Assembly (NCBI GenBank): GCA_963786955.1
Contig: CAWBAT010000003.1
Location: 32,001-96,000 of the forward strand
DNA: 64,000 nt
Direction of reading: 5' to 3'
From: an uncultured Acidimicrobiia bacterium
GTDB lineage: Bacteria; Acidobacteriota; Terriglobia; Versatilivoradales; Versatilivoraceae
Part shown: positions 11,233 through 22,094 of the stretch, one piece after another
Layout of the letters: each line of letters starts with the position of its first letter
Numbering within the stretch: position 1 is the stretch's first letter
Program-made: the position numbers and the translations under genes
Notes under the pieces: model-generated
What the model was told of the DNA's origin: nothing
The model's database searches: none
What the model saw: only the letters and a program-made list of their open reading frames with translations

Positions 11233-13318
11233 ATGATGACTGCAATAGAAATGTTTCAATCCAACCAATCGAAGCTTAATCGAAAAGTGCCCGGCGAATC
11301 TGCGCACTTCAAAACGTGGCAAAAAGTATTTGATGAGTTGGCCGACCTCCTCGGGTTAACGCTGGCCGTCTATGACAAAGACGAATACCTACTTGGGATC
11401 GCAAAATCCAACCCGATTTGTGCCAATGTCCAGCTTGATGAGAAGGGATGTGCTAATTGTGATCGTGACTGTGGCGGGATGCTAGAGCAAATAGCCAAAG
11501 GAAGTGAATTTGTTTCTTTCAAATGCCATGCTCACCTCTTTAATTTTGCTGCCCCCATTCGGATCCACGGGAAGGTAGAGTTTGTTCTGCTCGGCGGGCG
11601 AGTATTTCGGAATTATCAGGATTTTTCTGCTTTTGCCAAGAAAACCCCCGAGTACGGTATTCGCGACTATTTTTTCGAGGATTGGGAGAATTCCGTCCGC
11701 TTCCAAAATGCGACTTATTTTGAGCGTGCGGCTCATTTCATTCAGTCGATGATCGATTCTTTGACAAGTGATTCCACGCGCCTGGACCAAGCTAAGAAGC
11801 GCGAGTATCGAATGAACACTCTTTATGATCTCTCGAGCGTTTTAGCCATGGAGGCTTCACTGGAGGACGCACAATATAGCTTGCTCCAAGCCATGGGTGT
11901 ACTTTTTGACATTCAAGCGGGAGCCTTCCTGGAAAAAGGTAAGGATGAACGGGGTTATGAGTTACATCGTACATTTGGAGCTCTTGTTACGCCTCGAACG
12001 AAGATTAACCTGGCCGAGTACAATGAAATTGTCAAACTGAAGGAAGGGAAGCCTGCTTTTCTAGATGAAACTTACTCGATCTTAAGACTGGGGTACCCGG
12101 AGACAATACGCTCAGTCCTTAGTTTCCCGCTCGTGCAGAATGGCGAGTTGGCTTGGGTGCTTCAAATCTACAATTCCGAATTAGATGATGATAGCGTCCA
12201 AATCCTTCAGACGTACTGCAAGCACGTTTCCATCATATTTGAGAACATCCTTCTAAAAAATGAAATCGAAGCAGGTTCGAATATCCTTTCTGTCGTGACA
12301 GAATTCAATGATGCGATTGGAGCTCAGCTTGAAGCCCCGGAGCTTTATCGCACGATTTTACTTAAGGCCGCCGAGGTGCTGAAAGCAGAGCAAGCCTCTT
12401 TGATGATCTACGACGAAACCTCTGGAGAATTGGCAATTAAGTTTGTGAAAGGACTGAATGAGAAGATCGTGCAGAACTTGCGTCTCAAACCAGGCGAGGG
12501 GATTGCAGGTTTTGTTTTTGAAACGGGAAAGCCATTGCTTGTTGACGACATCGACGAAGATTCCCGATTCGAAACAAGGCGGCGCGCGCGTTATAAGACT
12601 AAGTCTTTAATGAGTATTCCTCTTAAAGTCCATCACCGTAAAATTGGAGTCCTGAATGTCACGGACAAGGTCGGTGAGGACCGTTTCAATGAAAAAGACC
12701 TAAAGCTCTTTGAGTCGATTGCAGGGCATGCCGCGGTGGCTCTCGAACGTACGGGATTTTACAGGATGTCTGAGGATTTGAGAAAAATCTCATTAACAGA
12801 CTCACTTACGGAATTGTATAATCGCCGCTTTTTCCAGGACAGGATGAACGAAGAGATCGAGAGAGCTCGACGTCACTCGCATTCCGTCTCACTCATCATG
12901 TTGGATATTGATAATTTCAAGAACTATAACGACACATACGGCCATTTGGCGGGCGATGAAGCGCTCCGGTTGACGGCCTCGATCATCAAGAATTCAGTCA
13001 GAAATATTGATTTAGTCGTGCGGTATGGCGGAGAAGAGTTTGCGGTGATCCTTCCATTGACAGAAACCATAGCGGCTCGTGACATTGCCGAGAGAATTCG
13101 TACCGGGGTTTCAGGACGCTTTTTCCCGGACGATTCCATGCGTACCGCTGTCAGACTAACGGTTAGTCTCGGGATTGCTAGTTTTCCCATTCATGCGGGA
13201 AACATGATTGAGCTATTAGGAAATGCGGACAAAGCCGTTATACCTGGCAAAAGTAAGCGGAAAAAACAAAGTCCGTTTTTTCAGTTCCTCGGACGGTCCT
13301 CAGATGGTAAATGAGTGA
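11233..13318 (+). CDS. Diguanylate cyclase (PocR-GAF-GAF-GGDEF); frameshift near the C-terminus
   Basis: PocR cysteines (NPICANV, CANCDRDC, FKCHAHL), GAF (SLMSIPL..IGVLNVTDK), TDSLTELYNRR, I-site RNID and GGEEF. The tail ADKALYLAKVSGKNKV is restored by a frame change. Confidence 0.9.
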
Positions 13319-13478
13319 TTGGGCGGGTAAGCGCCCGGACAGCAGGTTTATTCCTTTTGCAAGCTCAGGATTCGTTGACTCTGATGAGAGTCCGCGAATG
13401 CGTGAATAAGAAGCGGTTGAAATTTGTTTGCCGGTCGCAGAAGATGTTTTGCTCCGCTGTTGAAAAGAAACAATTCGG

Positions 13479-15712
13479 ATGGCGCTCTTACATCTAACTT
13501 GGCAAGAGCGATTAGGAAGAACCCATAATGGTTTTCGCGCAAACGACGTCCAGCAGATTTTCCAAGTCGGGTTGAATACTCTCCAGGGCTTTCAATCTAG
13601 CGTTTTCCTTGGGAGTCGACGGAAGTTTGGCAAGACAGCGGTCTTGCGACAGGTCTATGATCGGCTTTTGCGTGAACAGGAAAAAGTCATTCCGTTCTTG
13701 TATTCTGTTCCAAAATCCATCGGCTCCGTAGAGCTCTTCAGTCGCGATTACTTTCAGCAGGCATTTCTTCAATTTCTGGCTTTTAATCGTCGTGAGACTC
13801 GGTGTTACCAGGAATCCAGGACTTGATGCGGGCCAGATGCTGCCAATGGCTTATGAAAGCCGATATGCCTGGTTAGTCGACTCAGTCAGGCAATATCACG
13901 AGCTTATTAAAAACAGAGATTTGATCGGACTCATCCGATTAGCCTTATCACTGCCGGAGCAGGTGGCCCTAAATAGTGGATTACATGCCTTTGTCTTGTT
14001 CGACGATTTTCATCATCTTGACCAACTGTCTCCTTCCGATGAGATGGCATTTCTAAAAAGCCAGTTCCTATTAGCATTCGGGTCCCGGCGTGCACCACAC
14101 TTACTGTCAGGCACTTCGAAGCCTACTTTCCGTAACCTTTATGCCAAAGGTGAATTGGCTGATTCGCTAGAGCCGATCTTCTTGGAATCCTTAGGTGTTC
14201 CCGAAACCGTGCAGCATATTTGAAGGGTATTGCCGCGAATACGATGTGCCCTGGGAAGCGAGGATGTCGTCGTTGGTTGTCGAACAGCTGGACAACAATT
14301 CCTATTATCTTCATCTTCTTGCCAGAGCTGCAAAATACAAAGGGGACGGGTTCCGGTCTCAAAAACAATTCGCGGAACTTTATATGAAAGAACTGACACA
14401 AGGGAGCTTCCACTATTATTTTAGCGGGTTGCTCCAGGAAGTGTTGCATGATCCCGGGCAATTTGTTCGAGCTATCGAGTTGTTGGAAGCCACCTCACGG
14501 CTGAGCGCCCCCTGTCCGTTCTTGCGATTCAGGGAAGAACAGAAGGATCCACCTTCGGACCTGCTGGACCAGACCTTGAGAAGCCTCGACGAAGTAGAAC
14601 TAATCGATTTTCAGAATGGGATTGTGACTCCCATCCCGGATCGCGTGCTTTATGACTGGATCGGGTGGAATGTCGAGCATAAGATTCACGGCCGAAATCT
14701 CGCTCAGGTAAAATTCGATCTCAATTCAGAATTGCTGCGACGATATCAACAATCTGCCGAGAACAAGGAAAAGGGAGAAGTTGTGAACCAGATCAAAGAT
14801 GCCCTTCTCCACATGGATCAGCAGAGGATACCCCGGTTACTGTTGGACTACGCCGAATTCCATTCCATTACTGGTGATCGTTTCGATAAAGCGTATGTTC
14901 CGCAAGTCGATATAGAGCAAACTGTTCAATTACCTCAACTCTTGTCTGTTGAGATTCGTTCCGTGATGACACCACGAGGCGATCCCCACAGTAACCAACT
15001 TCTATTGGCTCGCGGCTATGAAGGCAGAACATTCTCTTCCTCTCGAGAAGTTGCTTGGCTTGTAGGTTATTGCCCGACCGGCGAGAGTTTGGGGCTGGAT
15101 GAGATTACCCGATTCTTCGAGGTTGCTCATCTCATCGAGCTTGAGGAAAGTCTCCCCAAAGTACATCATTGGCTTATTGTGAATGAAAAGTTTAACCAAG
15201 CCGCATTAAGTTTCGCCAGGGAGTCTGAAATCTACACATCAAACATTCACCAATTGAACCAATTGACCCAGCGAGTTGTTGGCAAGGGGAAAGGCATTTT
15301 GGAGCCTCTAGAGTCTTCTGGAAGGGAGACCTATGAAATGAGTATTCCCATGTCTGGCGGTTCTGAAATGGTTGCTGTCCGCGCTCTAGAGCAAGTAGCC
15401 GAAGATCTCGAAATGGCAGGGAAATCCAAGAGTCAACTTCGAATGGCGCTGCTTGAAGCCTGTATCCATCTGAAAGAAAATTTTGCGGCCCAAGCAGACA
15501 AGATTCATTTCATTTTCGTTCCGCAGCCGAGTCGTTTGGATGTCCACGTCAGAGTGGAGGTCCAAACGACACAATCCCAAACCTTACCGGACCCCTTTGG
15601 AACGCGGGTCCTCAAGACGCTTCTGGATGAGGTTCGATTTAGAGAAACTCCACAAGGGTTTGAGCTCATCCTCTCCAAATACCTAGAGGCTCCCAAGAGT
15701 GAAACAGCCTGA
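13479..15712 (+). CDS. P-loop ATPase-like protein with C-terminal RsbW/HATPase-like segment; two frameshifts
   Basis: Walker-A-like FLGSRRKFGKT and Walker-B-like FVLFDDFH. The C-terminal part resembles an anti-sigma kinase fold (EMVAVRALEQ, LRMALLEACI, LKTLLDEVRF). Joins ORFs 13479, 13792 and 14195. Confidence 0.6.
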
Positions 15713-15843
15713 CTTCTGAAATGATTCGTCTTGAAACAAATCTCAACCTGATCTCCATTTCATCGACGTGATTCCGTCTCTCAAAGACAAACCGCTTCTT
15801 TTCTCGTTTATCGATTGACTGGTGCAGTGGGTCAGGTCTGGAT

Positions 15844-17472
15844 TCACGGGACTATCCCCCGAAACAGATACGCAATGAGTATGACTTCTATCCCCACGAA
15901 GGTTGCAAGTGCACAACTGTGCCATAGGACAAAACGGAAGATGTCACCTTCTTTGCCAACCTGATGAGTTGCTGCTGTGCCGATGACGATGCTTTGAGCG
16001 TCTATCATCTTTCCCATGACACCCCCGCAGCTGTTGGCCGTGCACATCAAGACAGGACTGAGACCAAGTTGCCCAGCGGTGACCTTTTGTAAATTTCCAA
16101 ACAAAGCGTTTGAGGCTGTATCGCTTCCTGTGAGGAAAACTCCCAGCCAGCCCAAAAGAGTGCCAAAAAAAGGATAGAGCACTCCGGTATGGGTGAACGC
16201 TAATCCCAGAATGCTGTCGAGGCCGGAAAAACGCGAAACAAATCCAAGACCCAAAATGCACGGGATTGTCAGAAGCGGGATGGTCAGCTGACGCAATGTG
16301 ATCCAAAACATCCTACAGAGGGTTCGCAGAGAAACCCGAAAAAGGATTGCAGAAAGCAGTGTTGCGACGAGTATCGCTGTGCCCGTGGCGGATAGCCAGT
16401 TCAGAATGTAAATGGCAGGCTCCGCAATCGGTCGGGGAACGACGGGTACGTTCTTCATGACTTGCAAATGTAAGAAAGGCACAGGAATAGCGATCGTCAA
16501 GCGATTTAGAGATTTATTGATACCCGGAATGCCCCAGAGAAGTACCACGCCACAGAGAAAAACAAAGGGCATCCAGGCTTTGACGATTCCTAGACCGGAA
16601 GGACAGGCGACCTCATTGACAGGAGAAGTCCGACGTTCATGTGCAAACCGCCAAATCTTAGTTGGTTTCCAAATTCGCAAGAAAAGAACCATGATCACCA
16701 GTGAGAACGCCCCTCCTAGAATATCGACCAGATAGGGGCCGTGGAAGTTACTGACGAGATATTGGATAGACGCAAACGAGATCCCGCAGACGGCAATTGC
16801 CGGAATTACTTCGAAGGTTTCTTTCCATGAGCACATCGTTCTGACGAGCCAGCAGGGAATAATCAGAGAGGTCACTGGCAGGATTCTTCCAGTCAACTTC
16901 GACAACGACATTAATGGGAGATCGGTAACTGTTGAAAGCGTGACCGTTGGGATGCCGAGGGATCCAAAAGCCACCGGAGCAGTGTTGGAGATAAGACAAA
17001 TGACGGCTGCAAAAAAGGGGTCAAATCCGAGCCCCACCAGCAACGCAGAACAAATGGCTATGGGCGTGCCAAATCCGGCGCTGCCCTCGATAAAGGCTCC
17101 AAACGAAAATGCAACCAGCAGAGCTTGTAATCTTCGATCTTGAGAAATTACCCCCACGGATTGTTTAATGATTTCAAACTGCCCGGTTGCAACGGTGAGG
17201 TTGTAGAGCAGAACTCCATTGAGCACGATCCATCCAATGGGGAGCCAGCCAAACAGTGCGCCAAAGAAGAATGCGGCAGAGGCCAAATGCACTGGCATCC
17301 CCAACACAATGGTCGCAATCAAAACCGCTGTGAGTGCACTGAGAAACCCGGCCACATGGGCTTTGACCTTCTTTACAGCAAGAAGATAGAAGAGGAGGAC
17401 CGTTGGAATCGCAGCACACAACGTGGAGAGTACGGGATAACCCAGAGGATTGTAATTTTGCAGCCAAGGCAT
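15844..17472 (-). CDS. lctP: L-lactate permease
   Basis: WLQNYNPLG, DRRLQALLVAFSFGAFIEGSAGFGTP, FLTGSDTASNALFG and GKMIDAQSI motifs. Confidence 0.93.
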   Translation of the reverse strand: MPWLQNYNPLGYPVLSTLCAAIPTVLLFYLLAVKKVKAHVAGFLSALTAVLIATIVLGMPVHLASAAFFFGALFGWLPIGWIVLNGVLLYNLTVATGQFEIIKQSVGVISQDRRLQALLVAFSFGAFIEGSAGFGTPIAICSALLVGLGFDPFFAAVICLISNTAPVAFGSLGIPTVTLSTVTDLPLMSLSKLTGRILPVTSLIIPCWLVRTMCSWKETFEVIPAIAVCGISFASIQYLVSNFHGPYLVDILGGAFSLVIMVLFLRIWKPTKIWRFAHERRTSPVNEVACPSGLGIVKAWMPFVFLCGVVLLWGIPGINKSLNRLTIAIPVPFLHLQVMKNVPVVPRPIAEPAIYILNWLSATGTAILVATLLSAILFRVSLRTLCRMFWITLRQLTIPLLTIPCILGLGFVSRFSGLDSILGLAFTHTGVLYPFFGTLLGWLGVFLTGSDTASNALFGNLQKVTAGQLGLSPVLMCTANSCGGVMGKMIDAQSIVIGTAATHQVGKEGDIFRFVLWHSCALATFVGIEVILIAYLFRGIVP

Positions 17473-17589
17473 TCTGGAGGGCTCTCCTTTCGATCCTTTG
17501 CCATTGGGTCGCCCACTGGATCAGGGAATCCCAAAACAAACAGAAGAATGAATCACAAGCCATGAGATATGAAAATCAGGAGGTTGTCG

Positions 17590-17976
17590 TTAGCGTATTC
17601 CAGGCCTGAGCAAGGATTTCCTCCTTAACTTCTGGAAACCAGACGGAACATACTGATGGGCATTCATATCGACGCATTGGCTCCTGAATTGGACCCCTTC
17701 CATCTCTAGCAGTCTTCGCTGTAGGATGGGGCCATCTGGACTTGAGAACGAGGTGATCAGGATCTTCCCTCCGGCACCGACCACCCGCTGCCAGGGAAGT
17801 CCTTGTGGACAACCATGCATGGCCCAGCCGACCTGTCGGGCCTTATGGGGTGCGTCAAGCAGAGTAGCAATTTGGCCATAGGTGAGTACTTTACCGGGCG
17901 GGATGGATTTGACGATGGCATATACCTTTTTGAAAAAATTGTCTGCTTTTCGTTGTCCTTGATTGGCAGCGGACAT
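17590..17976 (-). CDS. MGMT-family alkyltransferase-like protein (ATL type)
   Basis: IPPGKVLTYGQIA, ARQVGWAM and PWQRVV, with Trp in place of the catalytic Cys of PCHR. Confidence 0.88.
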   Translation of the reverse strand: MSAANQGQRKADNFFKKVYAIVKSIPPGKVLTYGQIATLLDAPHKARQVGWAMHGCPQGLPWQRVVGAGGKILITSFSSPDGPILQRRLLEMEGVQFRSQCVDMNAHQYVPSGFQKLRRKSLLRPGIR

Positions 17977-17988
17977 TGAGTGTATGTC

Positions 17989-18858
17989 TTACCTCTCTCC
18001 CCACTTCAATTTGTTCCTCAAGATGTCAAAGAAGCTTTTATTGTTCGATTCGATGAGCTCGAGGTAACTCGAAGATCTCCGGACACAAATGTGATCTTCC
18101 CCTTTTAGGGGCAGCCCTACCTGGCCATCTACGGTGAGAAAAACAGATTCTTGGGTCGCCTTGAGGCTCATCTCCACCGTCACGTTATCTGGAACAACAA
18201 GCGACCGGAAAGTCAAGGTGTGAGAAGCAATCGGGGTAATGAGCATTGCCCCTAATGTGGGATAGACAACCGGACCTCCCGCCGAAAGCGCGTAGGCGGT
18301 CGAGCCAGTGGGTGTACTGATGATCAATCCATCAGCCTTATAAGTGGCTACAAAATGGCTATCAATTCTGACGTCAATATCAATAATTCTCGCCAAGGCT
18401 CCTTTGGTCAGAACGGCATCATTTAAAGCTCGATAGTTCGCAAAACGCTCCCCTTCACGAACCACATCAATGTCGATCATGATACGCTTCTGGCTGGTGG
18501 CGGTTCCAGCGAGAACGCTTTCCAGGCTATTGAAGATTTCTTCCAGCGTAATTTCTGTGATAAAGCCCAGGCTCCCGAAATTTATTGCCAGGATCGGGAC
18601 TTCGTGAGCATCCATGGATCGGGCAACTGAGAGAAGCGTGCCATCTCCGCCGAGAACGACAACAAGATCTGCGGCCGCAATCAGGTCGGCCTTCTCCAGT
18701 CCCTCTTCAATTTGGTGGACAATGCCGGCGGTTTCACGGTCAAGGCTTACCTGGATCTGTCGCACCGCACACCATTCGATGAGATTCTCCACCACGGCAG
18801 AGGCAGTGCTCAACTTGGGTTTGGCTATAATTCCAATATGATGAATATCGCGGCGCAT
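17989..18858 (-). CDS. nadK: NAD kinase
   Basis: GGDGTLL, NFGSLGF, LNDAV and DGLIISTPTGSTAYALSAGG. Start set at the internal ATG (MRRDIH). Confidence 0.95.
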   Translation of the reverse strand: MRRDIHHIGIIAKPKLSTASAVVENLIEWCAVRQIQVSLDRETAGIVHQIEEGLEKADLIAAADLVVVLGGDGTLLSVARSMDAHEVPILAINFGSLGFITEITLEEIFNSLESVLAGTATSQKRIMIDIDVVREGERFANYRALNDAVLTKGALARIIDIDVRIDSHFVATYKADGLIISTPTGSTAYALSAGGPVVYPTLGAMLITPIASHTLTFRSLVVPDNVTVEMSLKATQESVFLTVDGQVGLPLKGEDHICVRRSSSYLELIESNNKSFFDILRNKLKWGER

Positions 18859-19198
18859 AATCGGGACAAGAGAGTCTGCTGACTTTGTCGAAGAATAGAT
18901 TAAAAAAGGAAAACTATGAAGTCTAATTATTTCAATAGGACTATGGGCTAGAAGCAAAGCAAGCCAGCGCCGAAGAATTTCTTGTTGAGCAGGGTCGGAC
19001 CAGAGGCGTGCAAAGAATGTCAAAAGGCTTCCTCGGGAGTCACCTCATTTAAACGACGTTGGAAATATCTTGCTTGACTCAGTGTCCCTTTTGGAGCAAT
19101 TAGATTCATGATGTCAGCTGCCCGGGATCGGGGATTTCGGAAAAAGACTTCCTTTGAGGAGCACATTCATTTGCGTGGTGTCGACAAGGAGTAACTCC

Positions 19199-20365
19199 AT
19201 GACAGATCCCCCGTTGCGTTATCCACTGACGGTTTTGTCAGAAGAAGAGGACATGTTTCGTGAGCTGGTTCGGGAATTTGCTGAGAACAAAATCTGGCCA
19301 CATGTCCAAGCCATGGACAGGGAAGGCAAATTTGATCAGGCCATACTCAAGGAGTTTTTCCCGATGAACTTGATGGGAATCCAGATTCCGGAGGAGTATG
19401 GAGGAGCCGCGGGCAGTTTTTTTATGGCAATTTTAGCTGTGGAAGAATTTTCGCGAGTGGATGCCTCGGCAGGGGTAATCGTCGATGTGCAAAACACCTT
19501 GGTCAACAACGCGCTACTTCGTTGGGGCTCTGCTGCTCAAAAGCGTCAATACCTGCCCAAGTTAGCCTCCTCTGCGGTGGGAGCCTATGCCCTCTCGGAA
19601 CCAGGAGCGGGGAGCGATGCGTTCTCTCTAAAAACCTATGCGGAATTTTCCAGAGGCCAGTATTATTTGAGTGGTCAAAAGCTGTGGATTACGAATGCCT
19701 CTGAAGCAGAAATTTTTATTATTTTCGCCACCGTAGACCCAAGTCAAGGGTATCGGGGGATTACGGCGTTTATTGTGGAACGCGGGTTCCCTGGGTTCCA
19801 GGTTGGCAAGAAAGAAGATAAGCTTGGTATCCGGGCGAGTAGCACTTGCGAGCTCATTTTGGATCGCTGTGAAGTGCCCCGTGAAAACGTCCTCGGAGAA
19901 GTCGGGAAAGGATATAAAATCTCCATTGAAACGCTCAACGAAGGGCGAATTGGGATCTCAGCTCAAATGGTAGGACTTGCAGGAGGGGCATTGCGCCATG
20001 GCATAAAGTACGCCAATGAGAGGGAACAGTTTGGACAACCCATCGCTAAATTTCAGGCAATTCAATTCCAAATTGCAGAACTATCGGTGCAGTGGGAGGC
20101 AGCTCGACTGATGACCTACAATGCTGCTCGTTTGAAGGATGCCGACCTGCCCTTTGTGAAAGAGGCTGCTATGGCTAAGTATTTTGCATCGCAGATGGCG
20201 GAAAGCGTGACCTCTCAAGTCGTCGAAATTTTCGGTGGATACGGCTACTCAAAGGATTATCCAGCGGAAAAGTATTTTAGAGACTCCAAGATAGGGAAGA
20301 TCTATGAAGGCACTTCATTCATGCAGCTTCAGACCATTGCGAAGCTGGTACTCGGGGAGAAGTAA
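19199..20365 (+). CDS. Acyl-CoA dehydrogenase (short/branched chain)
   Basis: ALSEPGAGSD, GQKLWITN, KLGIRASST, LNEGRIG and KIYEGTS. RBS aaggag. Confidence 0.95.
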   Translation: MTDPPLRYPLTVLSEEEDMFRELVREFAENKIWPHVQAMDREGKFDQAILKEFFPMNLMGIQIPEEYGGAAGSFFMAILAVEEFSRVDASAGVIVDVQNTLVNNALLRWGSAAQKRQYLPKLASSAVGAYALSEPGAGSDAFSLKTYAEFSRGQYYLSGQKLWITNASEAEIFIIFATVDPSQGYRGITAFIVERGFPGFQVGKKEDKLGIRASSTCELILDRCEVPRENVLGEVGKGYKISIETLNEGRIGISAQMVGLAGGALRHGIKYANEREQFGQPIAKFQAIQFQIAELSVQWEAARLMTYNAARLKDADLPFVKEAAMAKYFASQMAESVTSQVVEIFGGYGYSKDYPAEKYFRDSKIGKIYEGTSFMQLQTIAKLVLGEK

Positions 20366-20494
20366 ACGTTGAAACGTTTCTTCCTCTCCCTGAGCGTGAG
20401 CAAGAATTGAAGTAAAGTGTTCTAGTCAGATTGGGAGGAGTGCCAGAGAACTCCACCCCCTTTTGACCAATTCCGAGGAGGAGTAAGATCGGTC

Positions 20495-20887
20495 GTGACG
20501 AAGAGAGCCTTGCTCATCGTTGATCATGGGAGTAAACGGAGAGAAGCCAACGATATGCTTCCTAAGCTAGCGGAGATGCTTCGAAAAAAGTCCGATTTCA
20601 GGATTGTTTCCCATGCTCACATGGAACTCGCTGAGCCGAGCATTCAGCAAGCCTTTGATGCCTGTGTTGTAGCGGGGGCAAAGGAGATCATTGTCCACCC
20701 TTATTTTCTGGGCCCAGGCAGACATTCGACGCACGACATACCTCGGATGGTTGCGGAAGCTGCAGCAAAACATCCAGGAGTATCCTTTTTAATTACAGAG
20801 CCATTGGGTCTTCACACCAAGATTGGTGAAGTCATCTTGGAGAGAGTACTGGAATCTTTGGAAAGCCAAATGATAAGAGCGAATTAG
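20495..20887 (+). CDS. CbiX/SirB-type small chelatase (CbiXS)
   Basis: IVDHGS, HMELAEPSI, HPYFLGPGRH and EPLGLH motifs. Confidence 0.85.
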   Translation: MTKRALLIVDHGSKRREANDMLPKLAEMLRKKSDFRIVSHAHMELAEPSIQQAFDACVVAGAKEIIVHPYFLGPGRHSTHDIPRMVAEAAAKHPGVSFLITEPLGLHTKIGEVILERVLESLESQMIRAN

Positions 20888-20993
20888 CTTGCAATTTTGC
20901 CAGCGGCCTAGCCGATTTACCACTCGATTAAGTTCGTCTCCCCGGTTTGCGGGAAGGATTAGAATGGCATTTTTTTAGTCACGCCAAGGGGGC

Positions 20994-21917
20994 ATGATGC
21001 TGAAGCCAAGGGCTTTAAAAAAAGGGTCAACCGTAGCTGTGTTTGCTCCAGCTAGCCCTGTGGAACAGGATGCCTTGCTTCAAGGAGTAACTTACTTGAA
21101 CTCAATGGGGTTTCGGACCAAGATTTCGGATTTGATTTTTAGCCGATACCACTATTTCGCCGGTTCCCACGAGGAACGCGCCACGGAACTGAACCGGCTA
21201 TTTGCAGACCCGGATGTGGATGCGATTTTTTGTGCAAGAGGCGGCTACGGTTGTGTACATTTGCTTCCGTATTTGGATTCTGCCATCATCCGTTCGAATC
21301 CGAAGATCTTTCTCGGTTATAGTGACGTTACTGTGTTGCTGCAGTATTTGGAGAGTCAAACCGAAATGGTTTGTTTCCATGGGCCGATGGTTGCGCGTGA
21401 ATTCGGATCGGGATCGGCCGCATTTAATGAAGGCAATTTTTTCGACTGTGTTGCCCGGCGATCCGGGGAACTCAGAATTACGGCGGCGGAGCTGGAATCC
21501 TTACGTTCCGGGACTGCGAAGGGACGGTTAACCGGAGGATGCCTCTCATTAATTGCTTCAATGCTCGGCACCTCTTACGAGATCGATACCAGTGAGAAGA
21601 TTCTATTCCTGGAGGATGTCAATACCAGGCCCTACCAAATCGATCGCATGTTGATGCAACTAAAACTTGCCGGCAAATTTAGTCAGATTCGAGGATTGGT
21701 ATTTGGCAAAATGTTGAATTGTAATCAGAATTCGGATAGCGAATATCGGCTTCAAGAGATCATCAACGATGTCCTGTCGGATTTTCAGTTTCCCATCCTC
21801 TATGGGCTGCCGTCAGGCCATGCTCCGTCCAATTCTTTGACATTGCCAATGGGCGTCCAGGTTACGTTAGATTGCGATAGACACTGTCTTTTTTTGGATG
21901 AAGGTGCTGTCGTTTAG
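20994..21917 (+). CDS. ldcA: LD-carboxypeptidase, peptidase S66
   Basis: ARGGYG, GYSDVT, FHGPM, LFLEDV and SGH catalytic motifs. Confidence 0.9.
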   Translation: MMLKPRALKKGSTVAVFAPASPVEQDALLQGVTYLNSMGFRTKISDLIFSRYHYFAGSHEERATELNRLFADPDVDAIFCARGGYGCVHLLPYLDSAIIRSNPKIFLGYSDVTVLLQYLESQTEMVCFHGPMVAREFGSGSAAFNEGNFFDCVARRSGELRITAAELESLRSGTAKGRLTGGCLSLIASMLGTSYEIDTSEKILFLEDVNTRPYQIDRMLMQLKLAGKFSQIRGLVFGKMLNCNQNSDSEYRLQEIINDVLSDFQFPILYGLPSGHAPSNSLTLPMGVQVTLDCDRHCLFLDEGAVV

Positions 21918-22094
21918 TTTAAGCTTGATACGAACGTCATTCAGGTGGCCCATGAAAGTTAAAGCGTTGCTATCCCTTAGCATCTGATTGGGGAGACTTC
22001 TAAATTGCCTTAATCAGTTTGTGATAGCAGGGCAAGATATAACCTTGGCCGGTCCGTGCTTTGGCTTAACAATTCAGAACAGGTATAAACCTTC

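Noticed and set aside
20495-20887. Cobalamin or siroheme biosynthesis cluster
   Set aside because: The CbiX-like gene stands alone, with no other tetrapyrrole genes nearby.
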